64,000 bases of DNA. Origin: an uncultured Verrucomicrobiota bacterium (GTDB lineage Bacteria; Verrucomicrobiota; Kiritimatiellia; CAIQIC01; Lenti-01). The first letter of the stretch is position 1. Every line of letters begins with the position of its first letter. Below, piece by piece: positions 20,701-31,419 of this stretch. The stretch covers positions 929-64,928 of the forward strand of contig CAZGMQ010000009.1 in the NCBI GenBank assembly GCA_964526745.1, given 5' to 3'. The translations under genes were made by a program, and so were the position numbers. The notes under the pieces were generated by a model that was not told the origin of the DNA, did no database searches, and was given only the letters and a program-made list of their open reading frames with translations.

Positions 20701-22923
20701 ATGATGAAAATGCTGCGTACGGGTTGGCTGGTTGGATTGGTGTTGCTGTTGGCTTTCCCCATGGGAGCACAGGCAAAAAAGAAGAAAGCCTCTGGCCCGA
20801 GCCGTCCAAAGATCGGTCTGGCACTGGGTGGCGGTGGAGCCCTTGGCCTGTCGCACGTGGGCGTGTTACGCGAGCTGGAGAAGATGCGCATTCCCATCGA
20901 CTATATCGCCGGTGCCAGCATGGGGGCCATTGTGGGTGGGGTATATGCTTCAGGAGTGAGCACCCGCCAGATGGACAGTACGTTTTCTGATATGGACTGG
21001 TGGGATGTCCTGAATGACAGCACCGCTCGTGAAGATATGCAGTTCCGTCGCAAGCGGGATGATGGGCGATACCTGATGGATTTGGAAATGGGGTTGCAGG
21101 GGCTGGGACTGATTTTCCCCTATGGCCTGTCGTCGGGGCAAAAGCTCAATAATGTGATTCAAACCTGGACCGTGAATGCAGCGGGAGCAGCCGATTTCGA
21201 CCAGTTGAATATTCCATTCCGTGCAACATCAACCGATATCCGATCCGGCGAACTGGTCCTCCTGAAAGATGGAAATCTGGCCACGGCATTGCGTGCAAGC
21301 ATGGCGGTCCCCGGGGCCTTCACCCCGGTGCTGATGGGGGATCACCTGCTGATTGATGGAGGAATCGTGAACAACCTGCCGGTGGATATCGTCCGCGCGA
21401 TGGGCGCGGACGTTGTGATCGCGGTGGATGTCACCAAGATGGATGCGGTGGGTACGGCTCAATCCTCTTTTGATTCGCTGGGGGCCATTCTGGGCCGAAC
21501 CTATGACATCATGCGCCGTCCGGATCAAGATCGTCTGGGTCGGGAAGCCGATGTGTTGATTGCTCCGGACACCCGTGGATTCAGTGCCTCCGATTTTCAG
21601 ATGGCCGCCGAGATCATCCCCCTCGGCGATCCGGCGGTCCAGGCGGTGGCGGATCAGTTAAAAACGTATTCTGTCGATGAGGAAACCTATCGGGCCTTCA
21701 CCGAGCGGCAGAAGAAGCAGCATCATCAAAAGGCCAATCTGACCCAGATTGATGTGGTGGATAATGAACGCGTGGCCACACGGGTCATTCAGGCTCAGAT
21801 GCGGAGCCAGGTGGATGAGCCGGTAGACCTGGAACAGATTGAGGGCGATGTGGCCCGTATTTACGGAATGGGGAACTTCCAGTCTGTCAGCTATCAATTG
21901 AAGCCGGAGGAAGAGGGCGTGCACCTGGAGGTCAGTGCCCAGGAGAAATACTGGGGACCCGCCTTTGTTCATCTGGGGATGCGTCTGGAAAGCGATATGG
22001 ACCACAGTGCCAACTGGAGCGTGCTGCTGAACTACTCCCGCCGGAGTCTGAATCAACTGGGGGGAGAGATTGATCTGGATCTAGAGGGCGGATCTAATCA
22101 GGGCATCGCATTGGAATGGTTTCAGCCGCTCAACTACTCCAGTACGCTCTTTCTGGCACCGTCTGTCTGGTATCGCTCTGAAAACATAAATTTCTTTTCG
22201 AATGAGACGCAGGTGGCTCGATACGAACGCACCGAGCAGGCCATGGCCATGGACATCGGGTCCCAGCTTTTCGATTGGGGGGAAATCCGGGCGGGGATTG
22301 TGTATGGGAAATTGGAGGGGAGCCGCAAGACCGGCTCGGAAGACCTGCCCAGCGTAGACGAGACGCTGGCCGGCTGGAGGGCAAGCGCCACCATCGATCG
22401 CCTGGACGACAGTTTTTTCTTCACGAAAGGATTTCGCCTGAATGTGTCCGGCTGGTTCCCTAATGAAAACCTGGGAGGGGATCAAACCTATGAAAAGCTG
22501 GAAGGCGATGCCCTATTTGTGAAGAGTTTCGGCAAGCACACGTTTTCTCTCGCCGGGAGCATGGGGCACAGTCTGGGCAGCGAAGTGCCGACCTATGACC
22601 AGTTCACGCTGGGTGGCTTCGGGACGCTGCCCGGATTGGCGCCAAACCAGCTGCGTGGTCCCTATTACATCTTTTCGGAAGTGGGATACCGCTATCAGCT
22701 GGGTCGCCTGTCTCCCTCCATGGGCAATGGCATCTATTGGATTGTGAAGGGGGCGAGGGGCAATGTCTTCCAGACCGAGGACGACATCGATTGGGAGAGC
22801 CAAATCGGCAGTTTCGCAACGGGACTGGGAATCGACACCATTTTCGGCCCAGTCGTTCTGGCGGCGGGTATCGCGGAACGCGAACAGGTCAGCTATTACT
22901 TCTCCGTCGGCAATTTTTTCTAG
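20701..22923 (+). CDS. PlpD-like type Vd autotransporter: patatin-like phospholipase passenger + POTRA + Omp85-type beta-barrel.
   Basis: Signal peptide; GGGALG, GASMGA and DGG patatin motifs. The C-terminal roughly 350 aa has alternating beta-strand patterning and ends YYFSVGNFF. Confidence 0.7.
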   Translation: MMKMLRTGWLVGLVLLLAFPMGAQAKKKKASGPSRPKIGLALGGGGALGLSHVGVLRELEKMRIPIDYIAGASMGAIVGGVYASGVSTRQMDSTFSDMDWWDVLNDSTAREDMQFRRKRDDGRYLMDLEMGLQGLGLIFPYGLSSGQKLNNVIQTWTVNAAGAADFDQLNIPFRATSTDIRSGELVLLKDGNLATALRASMAVPGAFTPVLMGDHLLIDGGIVNNLPVDIVRAMGADVVIAVDVTKMDAVGTAQSSFDSLGAILGRTYDIMRRPDQDRLGREADVLIAPDTRGFSASDFQMAAEIIPLGDPAVQAVADQLKTYSVDEETYRAFTERQKKQHHQKANLTQIDVVDNERVATRVIQAQMRSQVDEPVDLEQIEGDVARIYGMGNFQSVSYQLKPEEEGVHLEVSAQEKYWGPAFVHLGMRLESDMDHSANWSVLLNYSRRSLNQLGGEIDLDLEGGSNQGIALEWFQPLNYSSTLFLAPSVWYRSENINFFSNETQVARYERTEQAMAMDIGSQLFDWGEIRAGIVYGKLEGSRKTGSEDLPSVDETLAGWRASATIDRLDDSFFFTKGFRLNVSGWFPNENLGGDQTYEKLEGDALFVKSFGKHTFSLAGSMGHSLGSEVPTYDQFTLGGFGTLPGLAPNQLRGPYYIFSEVGYRYQLGRLSPSMGNGIYWIVKGARGNVFQTEDDIDWESQIGSFATGLGIDTIFGPVVLAAGIAEREQVSYYFSVGNFF

Positions 22924-22950
22924 AACCCCAGCAACAGGAAGGCGCAGCAG

Positions 22951-23646
22951 ATGAAAAATCGACATCGATCCAGCCATGGAGGCCTGCGTCTATGGGCCTG
23001 CCTGTTGGCGGCCCTGTGCGGATGGGCCTCCACAGGCGTTGCCGAGGACTTCGCCACGATTGAACCCGCGAGCTCAACCTCCGGCTATCTGGCCCGACTC
23101 TTGATCAATGAGGTTCCATTCCCCGGTGAGCATGGCTACGAAAGTGTAGCGGATACCGAGGCGGCGATGCTGTCCATCCTCTGGGTGCTGCACGGCCGCA
23201 TGAAGCATGTTCCCGCCGGGTATACTCAGATGCAGATTGCCTCCACCCGCTCTCAGAACATCATTGATCTCATCACGGCCAAAAACCAGTGTGAAGGCTT
23301 TTCCATGGGGGCAGACGGCAAGCCGACCTTTGCCTCCCGAGTAGAGGAACGCCTGACGTATCTGACAAAGATCGCCAACAGCGGTGGAGCGCCCGGTAAA
23401 TTTGCCGGTCTGCTGAACTATGGTCAGGGTCTTGCCAGCGCCTATATGAAAGATGGAATTCAAGGAGCCGATAAATTTGCAGGTCTGGAGACAGTGAACC
23501 GGGTTGCGGTGACGGGACGTGCGTATTCCTGGATGACCGACCGCGACATCTATAATCCCGGCGGCAACTTTGTAACGATTCCCGACTCCCAGAACGGTTC
23601 AGTCGGCGGCAACCGTTTCTTTACCCTACGAAAGGATCCCAAATGA
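22951..23646 (+). CDS. Secreted hypothetical protein.
   Basis: ORF track; signal-peptide-like N-terminus. Confidence 0.4.
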   Translation: MKNRHRSSHGGLRLWACLLAALCGWASTGVAEDFATIEPASSTSGYLARLLINEVPFPGEHGYESVADTEAAMLSILWVLHGRMKHVPAGYTQMQIASTRSQNIIDLITAKNQCEGFSMGADGKPTFASRVEERLTYLTKIANSGGAPGKFAGLLNYGQGLASAYMKDGIQGADKFAGLETVNRVAVTGRAYSWMTDRDIYNPGGNFVTIPDSQNGSVGGNRFFTLRKDPK

Positions 23647-24572
23647 AAAAAATCATCACACTCGCATTATTGTGTTCCGTCATCGGTGTCTACGCTCAAG
23701 AAGCCGCACCGCCACCGGCCACGCTCGCCCCTGAGGCTCCCTCGGAAGTGATTATAGAAGATGCTGCTGCTCCGGCGCCGAATCCGGAAGTGTTGGATCC
23801 GGCCTACTTGTCTGAAGTGGTCCGCCACCTGTACCGCTGGTATATGGACGAGGCTGATGTGGAACAGAGCGAAGGAGTCGAAGACTTTCCTTTCTGGGTC
23901 CGGATGCTGGATAAGGAACTGGATGAAGGCGACAGCAGCCAGTTTGCTGAAATCGTTCTTCCCCTGGTCGGTATCAGCGCTAAGGTGAAGAAGACAGATT
24001 ACATTATTGAGGAATTAGGAACAGAGGCGAAAAGCGATACGTTCCGTATTCTCAGTGTCGGCCGCATTTCCATTCCGGAAGAGATGCCGGAGGACTTCAC
24101 AGTGGTGGATCTGAACTACAAAAAGATGAAAAAATATCTTTTTGAGACGCGATCCCAAGCTCGGTTCCCGGATCAGGCCATGATCGATTACTTGCGTCCG
24201 GCGCTCCGTGCCCATATGGGCGTCAATCCCAATGGGCGTGAAGCTGGCGAACAGATTATATTTATGGCCCCGCTTTCCCCGGTTGCGAACGAACTGTATG
24301 TCTTCTGGGAGACCCAGAAGATGCTCTTCCGTTTTGCTTCCGATATGGATTTGGAAAATCCCGACATGTGGGAGAATCAAACCCTGCGGATCAGGACCTT
24401 TGACATCGAAAAGCAGACGGTGGTTTCGACCCACGAAGCTCCTGGAAGCAATGAATTCCTAACACGGGATCAGGTCGGCCGTGCGCTCTTTAACTGCATT
24501 ATTTTGGGGCAGAAAATGAGTGTCAATAATCCGCCTGCCGCCGCGGCTCCAGCGCCCGCAGTCGTAGAATAA
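23643..24572 (+). CDS. Secreted hypothetical protein.
   Basis: ORF track; signal peptide MKKIITLALLCSVIGVYAQ; overlapping stop/start with the upstream gene. Confidence 0.45.
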   Translation: MKKIITLALLCSVIGVYAQEAAPPPATLAPEAPSEVIIEDAAAPAPNPEVLDPAYLSEVVRHLYRWYMDEADVEQSEGVEDFPFWVRMLDKELDEGDSSQFAEIVLPLVGISAKVKKTDYIIEELGTEAKSDTFRILSVGRISIPEEMPEDFTVVDLNYKKMKKYLFETRSQARFPDQAMIDYLRPALRAHMGVNPNGREAGEQIIFMAPLSPVANELYVFWETQKMLFRFASDMDLENPDMWENQTLRIRTFDIEKQTVVSTHEAPGSNEFLTRDQVGRALFNCIILGQKMSVNNPPAAAAPAPAVVE

Positions 24573-24603
24573 CTCTCAAGTCGCTAAGTGGCGGCTTGCA
24601 GAC

Positions 24604-24640
24604 CGGCCCGTGCTCTCCCGAGTGTGGGCCTGTTTTTTCC
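24604..24640 (+). terminator. Rho-independent terminator-like hairpin.
   Basis: GGCCCGUGCUC-UCCC-GAGUGUGGGCC stem (with G-U pairs) followed by UGUUUUUU. Confidence 0.5.
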
Positions 24641-24708
24641 ATAGTGTGGAAACATTTTTTCCATACCATGGAAAAACTGCGAAAATAGTTTCCATACCAT
24701 GGAAACTT
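24634..24708. repeat. Three-box palindromic repeat element, copy A (about 75 bp).
   Basis: Three boxes: TTTTCCATAGTGTGGAAA, TTTTCCATACCATGGAAAA and TTTCCATACCATGGAAA, separated by an ACATTTTT-like spacer and a CTGCGAAAATAG-like spacer. Inverted copy at 41229-41303; direct copy at 61326-61400. Confidence 0.85.
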
Positions 24709-24904
24709 TTGGGCTCGGGCTTATGCCGCCACTGGGCCTCGAGCAGTTTGTGTTATTCTGTAGCCGTTGTGGGTTGTAGGCCGTCCCGACCTCTTGGAGA
24801 GTCGGGATGCGTCCGGCGGAATTCGCGCCCGCTACAGAGGGCGGGCCTGCAATCGGACTGTCCTTGCATCCGAAAAATGCGGCTGCAGAATATCAAGATC
24901 CACT

Positions 24905-26260
24905 TTAGGTCAGCTTGCGGGTGACAAACAGCAGGACGCCCCAGATCAGAAGGGCAACGCAGGCGATGATGAAGATGGGAAGCCCGCCCCAGACGGCAAT
25001 CAGGGGGATGGCCATGCCGGTCCACAATCCGCCGCCCATGAAGGGTTCATGCATCAGCTGCTTGCAGGCGAAGGCTTCGGCGGCGGGTGTCTTGTAATCA
25101 GGATCGACCACGCGCAGGAGTAGGAGTCCGGTGGCCGTCACGCCCATGGACTGGCCCATCTCGGCGATGGCCCGTTCAAACCAGGCGCTGTTCTGGAAGG
25201 CGCGCCGCGCCAGAAATAGAACGCAGAACACATTCCAGACGATGCCAGCGGCAATCAGGATGACAAGTGGAATCCAGCTCTGTGCAATCACATCGATGCG
25301 AATCGTGGCAATGGCGGCGACGACCAGAAAATCGAGCGCGGTATTTTGAATGCGCATGGTGAGGCCATGGTCGATATGGTCGTTGGGGTCGAAGCGATCG
25401 GCAAACAGCTGCACCAGTAGACCGCCCAGCATGCACAGAGGAAAGAGGGGAAAGCTGCTCAGTAGCCTGTGTTTTGCCAGGACGGGGATATGCCCCTCCA
25501 GCAAAACCAGAAGTTCTTTGAAACCATAGCCAATCAGGATAGCGACCGCTACAATGACCAGATGCAGGCTCAGGGATTCGATGACATCGCTGGAGACCGT
25601 CAGCCGTCCGCATGCCTGCCGCTGATCCACCGGGATGCTGCCGGTCCAGTCTTCTTCTTCAATATTTTCATGCGGTGGCTTTTTCTCGACCACATAGCCT
25701 TTTCGGACCGCCCAGTTGATGAGGGCCATGCCGACCAGGATGGCGCTGATGATGCCTCCTGTCGCGCTGGCGAGCGCAAAGTCTTTTCCTTCGGACCAGT
25801 TTAGCTGTTCAAAGACCGGCCCCAGCCCGCCGGCGGTTCCGTGCCCTCCTTCAAAACCGACCGGGAGAATGGCACCAAAGAGGTCATTCAGATGAAAAAT
25901 CGGCCCGAGGAGGAAAATCACTAGGCCAATGCCAACGACATACTGCCCCCAGGCCACCATCTGCCCATAGGCAAGCTGTCGCCCCGCACTTTTGAAGATT
26001 TTGGAGAAACCCGGAATGGCCACGCCGAGAAACAGGCAGGCGAAAACCACATTGATCAGGATGCCCGGCAGCTTGCTCCAGCCCAGCGTCCATTCGGCGG
26101 GGAGGGGCGCGCCAAAGCCCTTAAAGGATTGAAGGAGGGCCAGCCCCAAGAGTCCGGCAATGATGGAAGCGGGAAGATAGAGGTGCTGAAGAAAGACGAG
26201 TTTCCGGCGGAGCCAATACCCCAGACCCAGTAATACCGCGAGACAGACAAATGAAAGCAT
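24905..26260 (-). CDS. gltS: Sodium/glutamate symporter (GltS family).
   Basis: 451 aa multi-TM protein whose N-terminus (LGLGYWLRRKLVFLQHLYLPASIIAGLLGL) matches the GltS family. Confidence 0.65.
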   Translation of the reverse strand: MLSFVCLAVLLGLGYWLRRKLVFLQHLYLPASIIAGLLGLALLQSFKGFGAPLPAEWTLGWSKLPGILINVVFACLFLGVAIPGFSKIFKSAGRQLAYGQMVAWGQYVVGIGLVIFLLGPIFHLNDLFGAILPVGFEGGHGTAGGLGPVFEQLNWSEGKDFALASATGGIISAILVGMALINWAVRKGYVVEKKPPHENIEEEDWTGSIPVDQRQACGRLTVSSDVIESLSLHLVIVAVAILIGYGFKELLVLLEGHIPVLAKHRLLSSFPLFPLCMLGGLLVQLFADRFDPNDHIDHGLTMRIQNTALDFLVVAAIATIRIDVIAQSWIPLVILIAAGIVWNVFCVLFLARRAFQNSAWFERAIAEMGQSMGVTATGLLLLRVVDPDYKTPAAEAFACKQLMHEPFMGGGLWTGMAIPLIAVWGGLPIFIIACVALLIWGVLLFVTRKLT

Positions 26261-26272
26261 GCGTTCTCCTCC

Positions 26273-26479
26273 TTATTCGACGGTGATCTGTTCCCCATGA
26301 TAGGCGATGTGCTGGCCGCGTACAATCTTGCAGCGCTTCCGGGTCTCCATTTTTCCATCCACGGTCACGAGCCCTTCGGCGATGACAATCTTGGCTTCGC
26401 CACCGGACGAACAGAGGTTCGTTAGCTGAAGCAGGTTGCACAGCGGGATAAATTCGCTGGAGAGGGTGAAGGTCAGCAT
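26273..26479 (-). CDS. S4-domain RNA-binding protein (YbcJ-like).
   Basis: Internal ATG gives a roughly 68 aa protein (MLTFTLSSEFIPLCNLLQLT...IAEGLVTVDG) typical of S4-like YbcJ. Confidence 0.5.
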   Translation of the reverse strand: MLTFTLSSEFIPLCNLLQLTNLCSSGGEAKIVIAEGLVTVDGKMETRKRCKIVRGQHIAYHGEQITVE

Positions 26480-26480
26480 C

Positions 26481-28205
26481 CTAGATCCGGTCCGGAGTAT
26501 CGATGCCCAGCAGGGAAAGCCCGTTGCGCAGGACTTTCGCGGTGAGATCGCATAGGCGGACCCGGCTTTCACGGATGCCGGCTTCGGCTTTCAGGAAAGG
26601 CACATTCTGATAGAAGGAGGAGTACACCTGAGACAGTTCATAGAGCGCATCAGCGAGGAGGGAGGGCTTTTCCTGCGTGGCGGCATCGAGGACAGCATCC
26701 GGGAACCGCGCCAGGCGGATCCCCAGGCGTCGGGCAAAAGGATTATCGAGGGCAATCGATTCGCTCATGAAATCGAAGTCGGGGAAGCGTTCGGCGTGTT
26801 TGTCGCGGACCGAGGCGATGCGGGCGTGGGCATATTGGAGATAGGGGGCGGAGTTGCCATCCATCGCCAGGGCCTTTTCCCAGGTGAAGCTAACCGCCGA
26901 TTGTGGATTTTGTGACAGGTCGGCATATTTGACAGCGCCGATTCCGATGGCCCGGGCTACAGCCTGCTGCTGCTCTTCGGGCATGTCGCCGGAGGTTTTC
27001 TGAACCAGTTCCAAGGCATGTTTCTCCGCTTCATCCAACAGCAGGTCGAGTTTGATGGCCGTACCTTTTCGGCTGGAGAGCAACCCCTCGGGCAGGCGCA
27101 TCAGGCCGAACCAGATATGACGCAGCGGGGTGGTGGCGCCGGCTTGCTTCGCCAAGGTAAAGAACTGGCGGAAGTGGAGCTGCTGGCGCTCGTCGGTGAC
27201 ATAGATGATGGCGTCCGGGTTGAATTCTTTTTCGCGGGAGAATACCGTCGCGATATCGGTTGTGGCGTAGTTGAACCCGCCGTCCGACTTGCGGATAATA
27301 CAAGGCGGGAGCTTTTCTTCCTCATCCAGGAAGGCGACGAGGGCACCTTCGCTTTCCCGAATGAGCCCCAGAGATTGGAGTTTATCGACGACGCCGGGCA
27401 GCGCGTCGTTATAGAAGGACTCACCGCGAACGAGCTCAAAGGAAACGCCCAGCCGGCCATAGACGCGGTTGAACTCCGTCATGGAAAGATCGATGAAGGT
27501 CTGCCAGAGGGCGCGGTTTTCCGGGTCGCCAGCCTGCAGTTTGACCAGTTCAGCGCGGGCCTGATCCTTCCATTCCGGGTCTTCTTCGCATTTTTGGTGC
27601 GACAGGACATAGATGCGTTGCAGTTCATCAACCGGGGAGGCTTCCAACAGGGCTGGGTCCATGAAGTTGCGGTAGCCCATGATCAGGATGCCGAACTGGG
27701 TGCCCCAGTCCCCGAGATGGTTATCGCCCAGCACGGTATAGCCGAGGGCGGCATGGATGCGTTTAAGGGCATCGCCGATCACGGTGGAGCGGATGTGGGC
27801 GATATGCATCGGTTTCGCGACATTGGGAGAAGAGTAATCGACCAGCAGGGTTTTTCCGGTGCCGACTTGTGGGATGCCCAGATGGGCATCCGCCTGCTCG
27901 GCTTCCAGCTGGCGGGCCAGGGCCTCTTCGGAAAGGGTCAGGTTGATGAATCCGGGACCGGCAATCTCCACCTTGCTCAGCAGCCCGCCGGTCGACAGCT
28001 GTGCGACTACTTTTTCAGCGATGGTCCGCGGTGCACTGCGGAGCGCTTTGGCGGCGGCCATGGCCGCGTTGCACTGATAGTCACCGAAGGATTCATCCAC
28101 GGAAGGGGTCACCGTCAGATTCAATGTCGACAGGTCGGCTTCTGGAAAGGCCGCAGCAAAAGCGGTGTGAATCTGGGCGGATAGGATTTCTTTAATCGTT
28201 TGCAT
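26481..28205 (-). CDS. argS: Arginine--tRNA ligase.
   Basis: 574 aa class I synthetase with an HIGH-type motif (PNVAKPMHIAHIRS) and an ArgS-like N-terminal additional domain and C-terminal DALR-like domain. Confidence 0.85.
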   Translation of the reverse strand: MQTIKEILSAQIHTAFAAAFPEADLSTLNLTVTPSVDESFGDYQCNAAMAAAKALRSAPRTIAEKVVAQLSTGGLLSKVEIAGPGFINLTLSEEALARQLEAEQADAHLGIPQVGTGKTLLVDYSSPNVAKPMHIAHIRSTVIGDALKRIHAALGYTVLGDNHLGDWGTQFGILIMGYRNFMDPALLEASPVDELQRIYVLSHQKCEEDPEWKDQARAELVKLQAGDPENRALWQTFIDLSMTEFNRVYGRLGVSFELVRGESFYNDALPGVVDKLQSLGLIRESEGALVAFLDEEEKLPPCIIRKSDGGFNYATTDIATVFSREKEFNPDAIIYVTDERQQLHFRQFFTLAKQAGATTPLRHIWFGLMRLPEGLLSSRKGTAIKLDLLLDEAEKHALELVQKTSGDMPEEQQQAVARAIGIGAVKYADLSQNPQSAVSFTWEKALAMDGNSAPYLQYAHARIASVRDKHAERFPDFDFMSESIALDNPFARRLGIRLARFPDAVLDAATQEKPSLLADALYELSQVYSSFYQNVPFLKAEAGIRESRVRLCDLTAKVLRNGLSLLGIDTPDRI

Positions 28206-28216
28206 AGCAACCTTAA

Positions 28217-28627
28217 CTACGAATCACGCGAATGACACGAATCGGGATCATTTACGAAGCGTTCGTATTCGAGTTTTTTATTATGTCCAAAGTTAACCAA
28301 AAGGGCGAGTTTTCGGTCAGTGGCCTTCAGGTAATTGATGGTTTGGGCGCGGTGTTCATCTGCCAAATTCCTTACTGCTTTGATCTCAATAATAATATTA
28401 TCAAAGCATAGAAAATCAGGAACGTAACCTTGTTTTAAAGACTTTCCTTTATAGATCAGATGAACAGGTGGCTGTTCTCTAAAGGGAATATTCTGCTCGG
28501 AGAACTCCATGGAAAGGCATTCTTGATAAACGGCTTCAAGAAAACCACAGCCCATCTGATTATAGACTTCAAAACAGGCCCCGATAATCTTATAGCTTTC
28601 GTCTTTGAAAATGAGATTAGATTTCAT
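28217..28627 (-). CDS. GxxExxY-family protein.
   Basis: GACFEVYNQMGCGFLEAVYQECL motif. Its last 9 codons lie inside the left flanking inverted repeat. Confidence 0.7.
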   Translation of the reverse strand: MKSNLIFKDESYKIIGACFEVYNQMGCGFLEAVYQECLSMEFSEQNIPFREQPPVHLIYKGKSLKQGYVPDFLCFDNIIIEIKAVRNLADEHRAQTINYLKATDRKLALLVNFGHNKKLEYERFVNDPDSCHSRDS

Positions 28628-28652
28628 TTCGTGTTATTCGCATTATTCGTAG
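28218..28652. mobile_element. Possible mini-element: the GxxExxY ORF bounded by imperfect 25-27 bp terminal inverted repeats.
   Basis: Left repeat CTACGAATCACGCGAATGACACGAATC (28218-28244). Reverse complement of the right repeat: CTACGAATAATGCGAATAACACGAA (28628-28652). Confidence 0.45.
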
Positions 28653-28658
28653 TTTTTT

Positions 28659-29450
28659 TCAGCAGTCGGCGAATTCGCTGACGCGGTCCGGATGGGTCGC
28701 CAGAATGCGAATATGGTCCAGTCCGACAGAGGCCAAGTGGCTGCGAACTGTGTGGAGGGCAAGGTCGATCCGGTTGCAGTCCTTGCTGAGATGAGCCAGG
28801 AAGACCTGTTGGAGGGAGTCGCCGGCAATCTCCGCAAGGAGTGCGGCCGCCGTTTCATTGGACAAATGACCCTGCCGGCCGGTAATCCGCTGCTTGAGCG
28901 ACCAGGGGCGCGGTGAATTCTGCACCATGTCCTCATCATGGTTGGCTTCCAGGACAATCAGCTGACAGCCCCGGAGTCGTTCCCGGATCAGCTGAGTGGG
29001 CATGCCGAGATCGGTGGCAATGCCCAAACGGGCTGGACCGCAGGATAGAATGAATCCAACGGGATCATAGGCATCATGCGGCAGCGGAAAGGGAAGCAGT
29101 TCAATATCGCCGATTTGAAATGGAGAGCCATTGCTAAAGAGATTCCATTCCAGGGCTTCAGTGCCGCGTACCGCTCGTGCCGTATCGCCGTTGGCATAGA
29201 GTTTCAGTTTTAGATTTTTGCACAACACCCGAATCCCGGCGGTGTGGTCGCTGTGCTCGTGGGACACACAGATGGCGCTGAGTTTGGCTGGATCGAGACC
29301 GGCTTCTGTCATTCGGCGCAGCGTCTCCTTGGCGGAGATGCCGGCATCAATCAGGAGGGCGGTATCGGCACTCTCGATATGGATGCAGTTTCCGCTGCTG
29401 CCGGAGGCAAGCACGCAGATGCGCAATGGACTGGCAAGAGAATCGGGCAC
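28659..29450 (-). CDS. MBL-fold metallo-hydrolase.
   Basis: ICVLASGSSGNC...HEHSDHTAG beta-lactamase-fold motifs. Start uncertain (a GTG near 29450); the ORF-track 5' extension overlaps parA. Confidence 0.6.
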   Translation of the reverse strand: MPDSLASPLRICVLASGSSGNCIHIESADTALLIDAGISAKETLRRMTEAGLDPAKLSAICVSHEHSDHTAGIRVLCKNLKLKLYANGDTARAVRGTEALEWNLFSNGSPFQIGDIELLPFPLPHDAYDPVGFILSCGPARLGIATDLGMPTQLIRERLRGCQLIVLEANHDEDMVQNSPRPWSLKQRITGRQGHLSNETAAALLAEIAGDSLQQVFLAHLSKDCNRIDLALHTVRSHLASVGLDHIRILATHPDRVSEFADC

Positions 29451-29457
29451 GAAAGGC

Positions 29458-30378
<921 letters not shown>

Positions 30379-30494
30379 GGTCTAATCCTTTACACAGGGG
30401 TTGGAGGCATTATAGCGGTTGAAGGCGTCGCGAAAACCTTTTTCGGCAGCCGGGGTGCATGTTGGTCCAGCCCAGCCCGATGCGGTCAGGCCGT

Positions 30495-31334
30495 TCAGCG
30501 GACCAGCAGGACAGCGGTGGCTCCGCTGGAGACCACATGGGCGGCCGCGCTTCCGATCAGGTGGTCATAGATCCACCCATGTCCATGAGACCCCAAGGCG
30601 ATCAGGTCACAGTCCTTGTCACGGGCGGTTTTCAGGATCTGGACGGCTGGCGCCCCCACGGCGGTGATGCCGGCCGCGGCGCAATCGTGCGCCCGCGCCA
30701 GCGTGTGGGCCTCCATGTTGGCTTTTTCAGCCAGAGGCAGGTCGCTTTCGCGTTCAGCCACCGTCAAGATTAGGAGGGGGGTGTCGATGGCGTTAGCCAG
30801 TTCGATGGCCTCTTTCAGCGCCCGGGCGGAGGAAGGGGATCCGTCTGCTCCGACCAGAATCTTGCGTATGGGGCGGGTTTCAGAGGAGGTGATCAGGCAG
30901 GGACGGTTGGCCCGGCGGATGAACCGTTCCATGGTCGATCCTGTCAGGTCCGGTGCCATTTTTGAGTTTTCGCCCTGCCGACCCAGCACCACCAGTTCGG
31001 TGCGGGATTGCACATCGACGAAGACCTGGGCGGGATGACCAAACTCCAGCGTGGTCACAATGGGAATGCCGGCTTCTTCTCCGCGGGCGGCCGTTTGCCG
31101 GAGCAGCTCTTCTCCGCGTGTGCGCAGGGCTTCTTGCAGACCATTGACGGTCCCTGGATTCCAGGTGATGCAGCCCGTCTGCGGGGCCATAATCGGTATT
31201 TCCAGCATTCGGGAATCGACGACATGGATGGCTTCGAGGCGGGCATCGAGCCGCCGGGCCAGATTGATGGCGCTGTCACGGGCTACCTCGCTGCCGGGGG
31301 AACCATCAACACCAAAAAGTATGTTTTTGATCAT
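30495..31334 (-). CDS. Tandem universal stress protein (UspA) domains.
   Basis: Two Usp-like halves, each with a G-x2-G-x9-G-S ATP-binding-type motif (ALGSHGHG, VGADGSP). Confidence 0.65.
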   Translation of the reverse strand: MIKNILFGVDGSPGSEVARDSAINLARRLDARLEAIHVVDSRMLEIPIMAPQTGCITWNPGTVNGLQEALRTRGEELLRQTAARGEEAGIPIVTTLEFGHPAQVFVDVQSRTELVVLGRQGENSKMAPDLTGSTMERFIRRANRPCLITSSETRPIRKILVGADGSPSSARALKEAIELANAIDTPLLILTVAERESDLPLAEKANMEAHTLARAHDCAAAGITAVGAPAVQILKTARDKDCDLIALGSHGHGWIYDHLIGSAAAHVVSSGATAVLLVR

Positions 31335-31419
31335 GGGCGCTTCCTCTCAAATCCTGATCGACGGTTCTTATGATGACGCGCTGGCGCGCACTTGGCAAGG
31401 CTGGAGCCCTAGACAAGGA

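Noticed and set aside
24610-24924. 104-aa plus-strand ORF, plus similar ORFs at 40449-41624 (5' extension) and 60792-61539 (minus strand).
   Set aside because: Their translations (FFHSVETFFPYHGK, FPHYGNIFSIPWKI) are simply read-throughs of the palindromic repeat copies.
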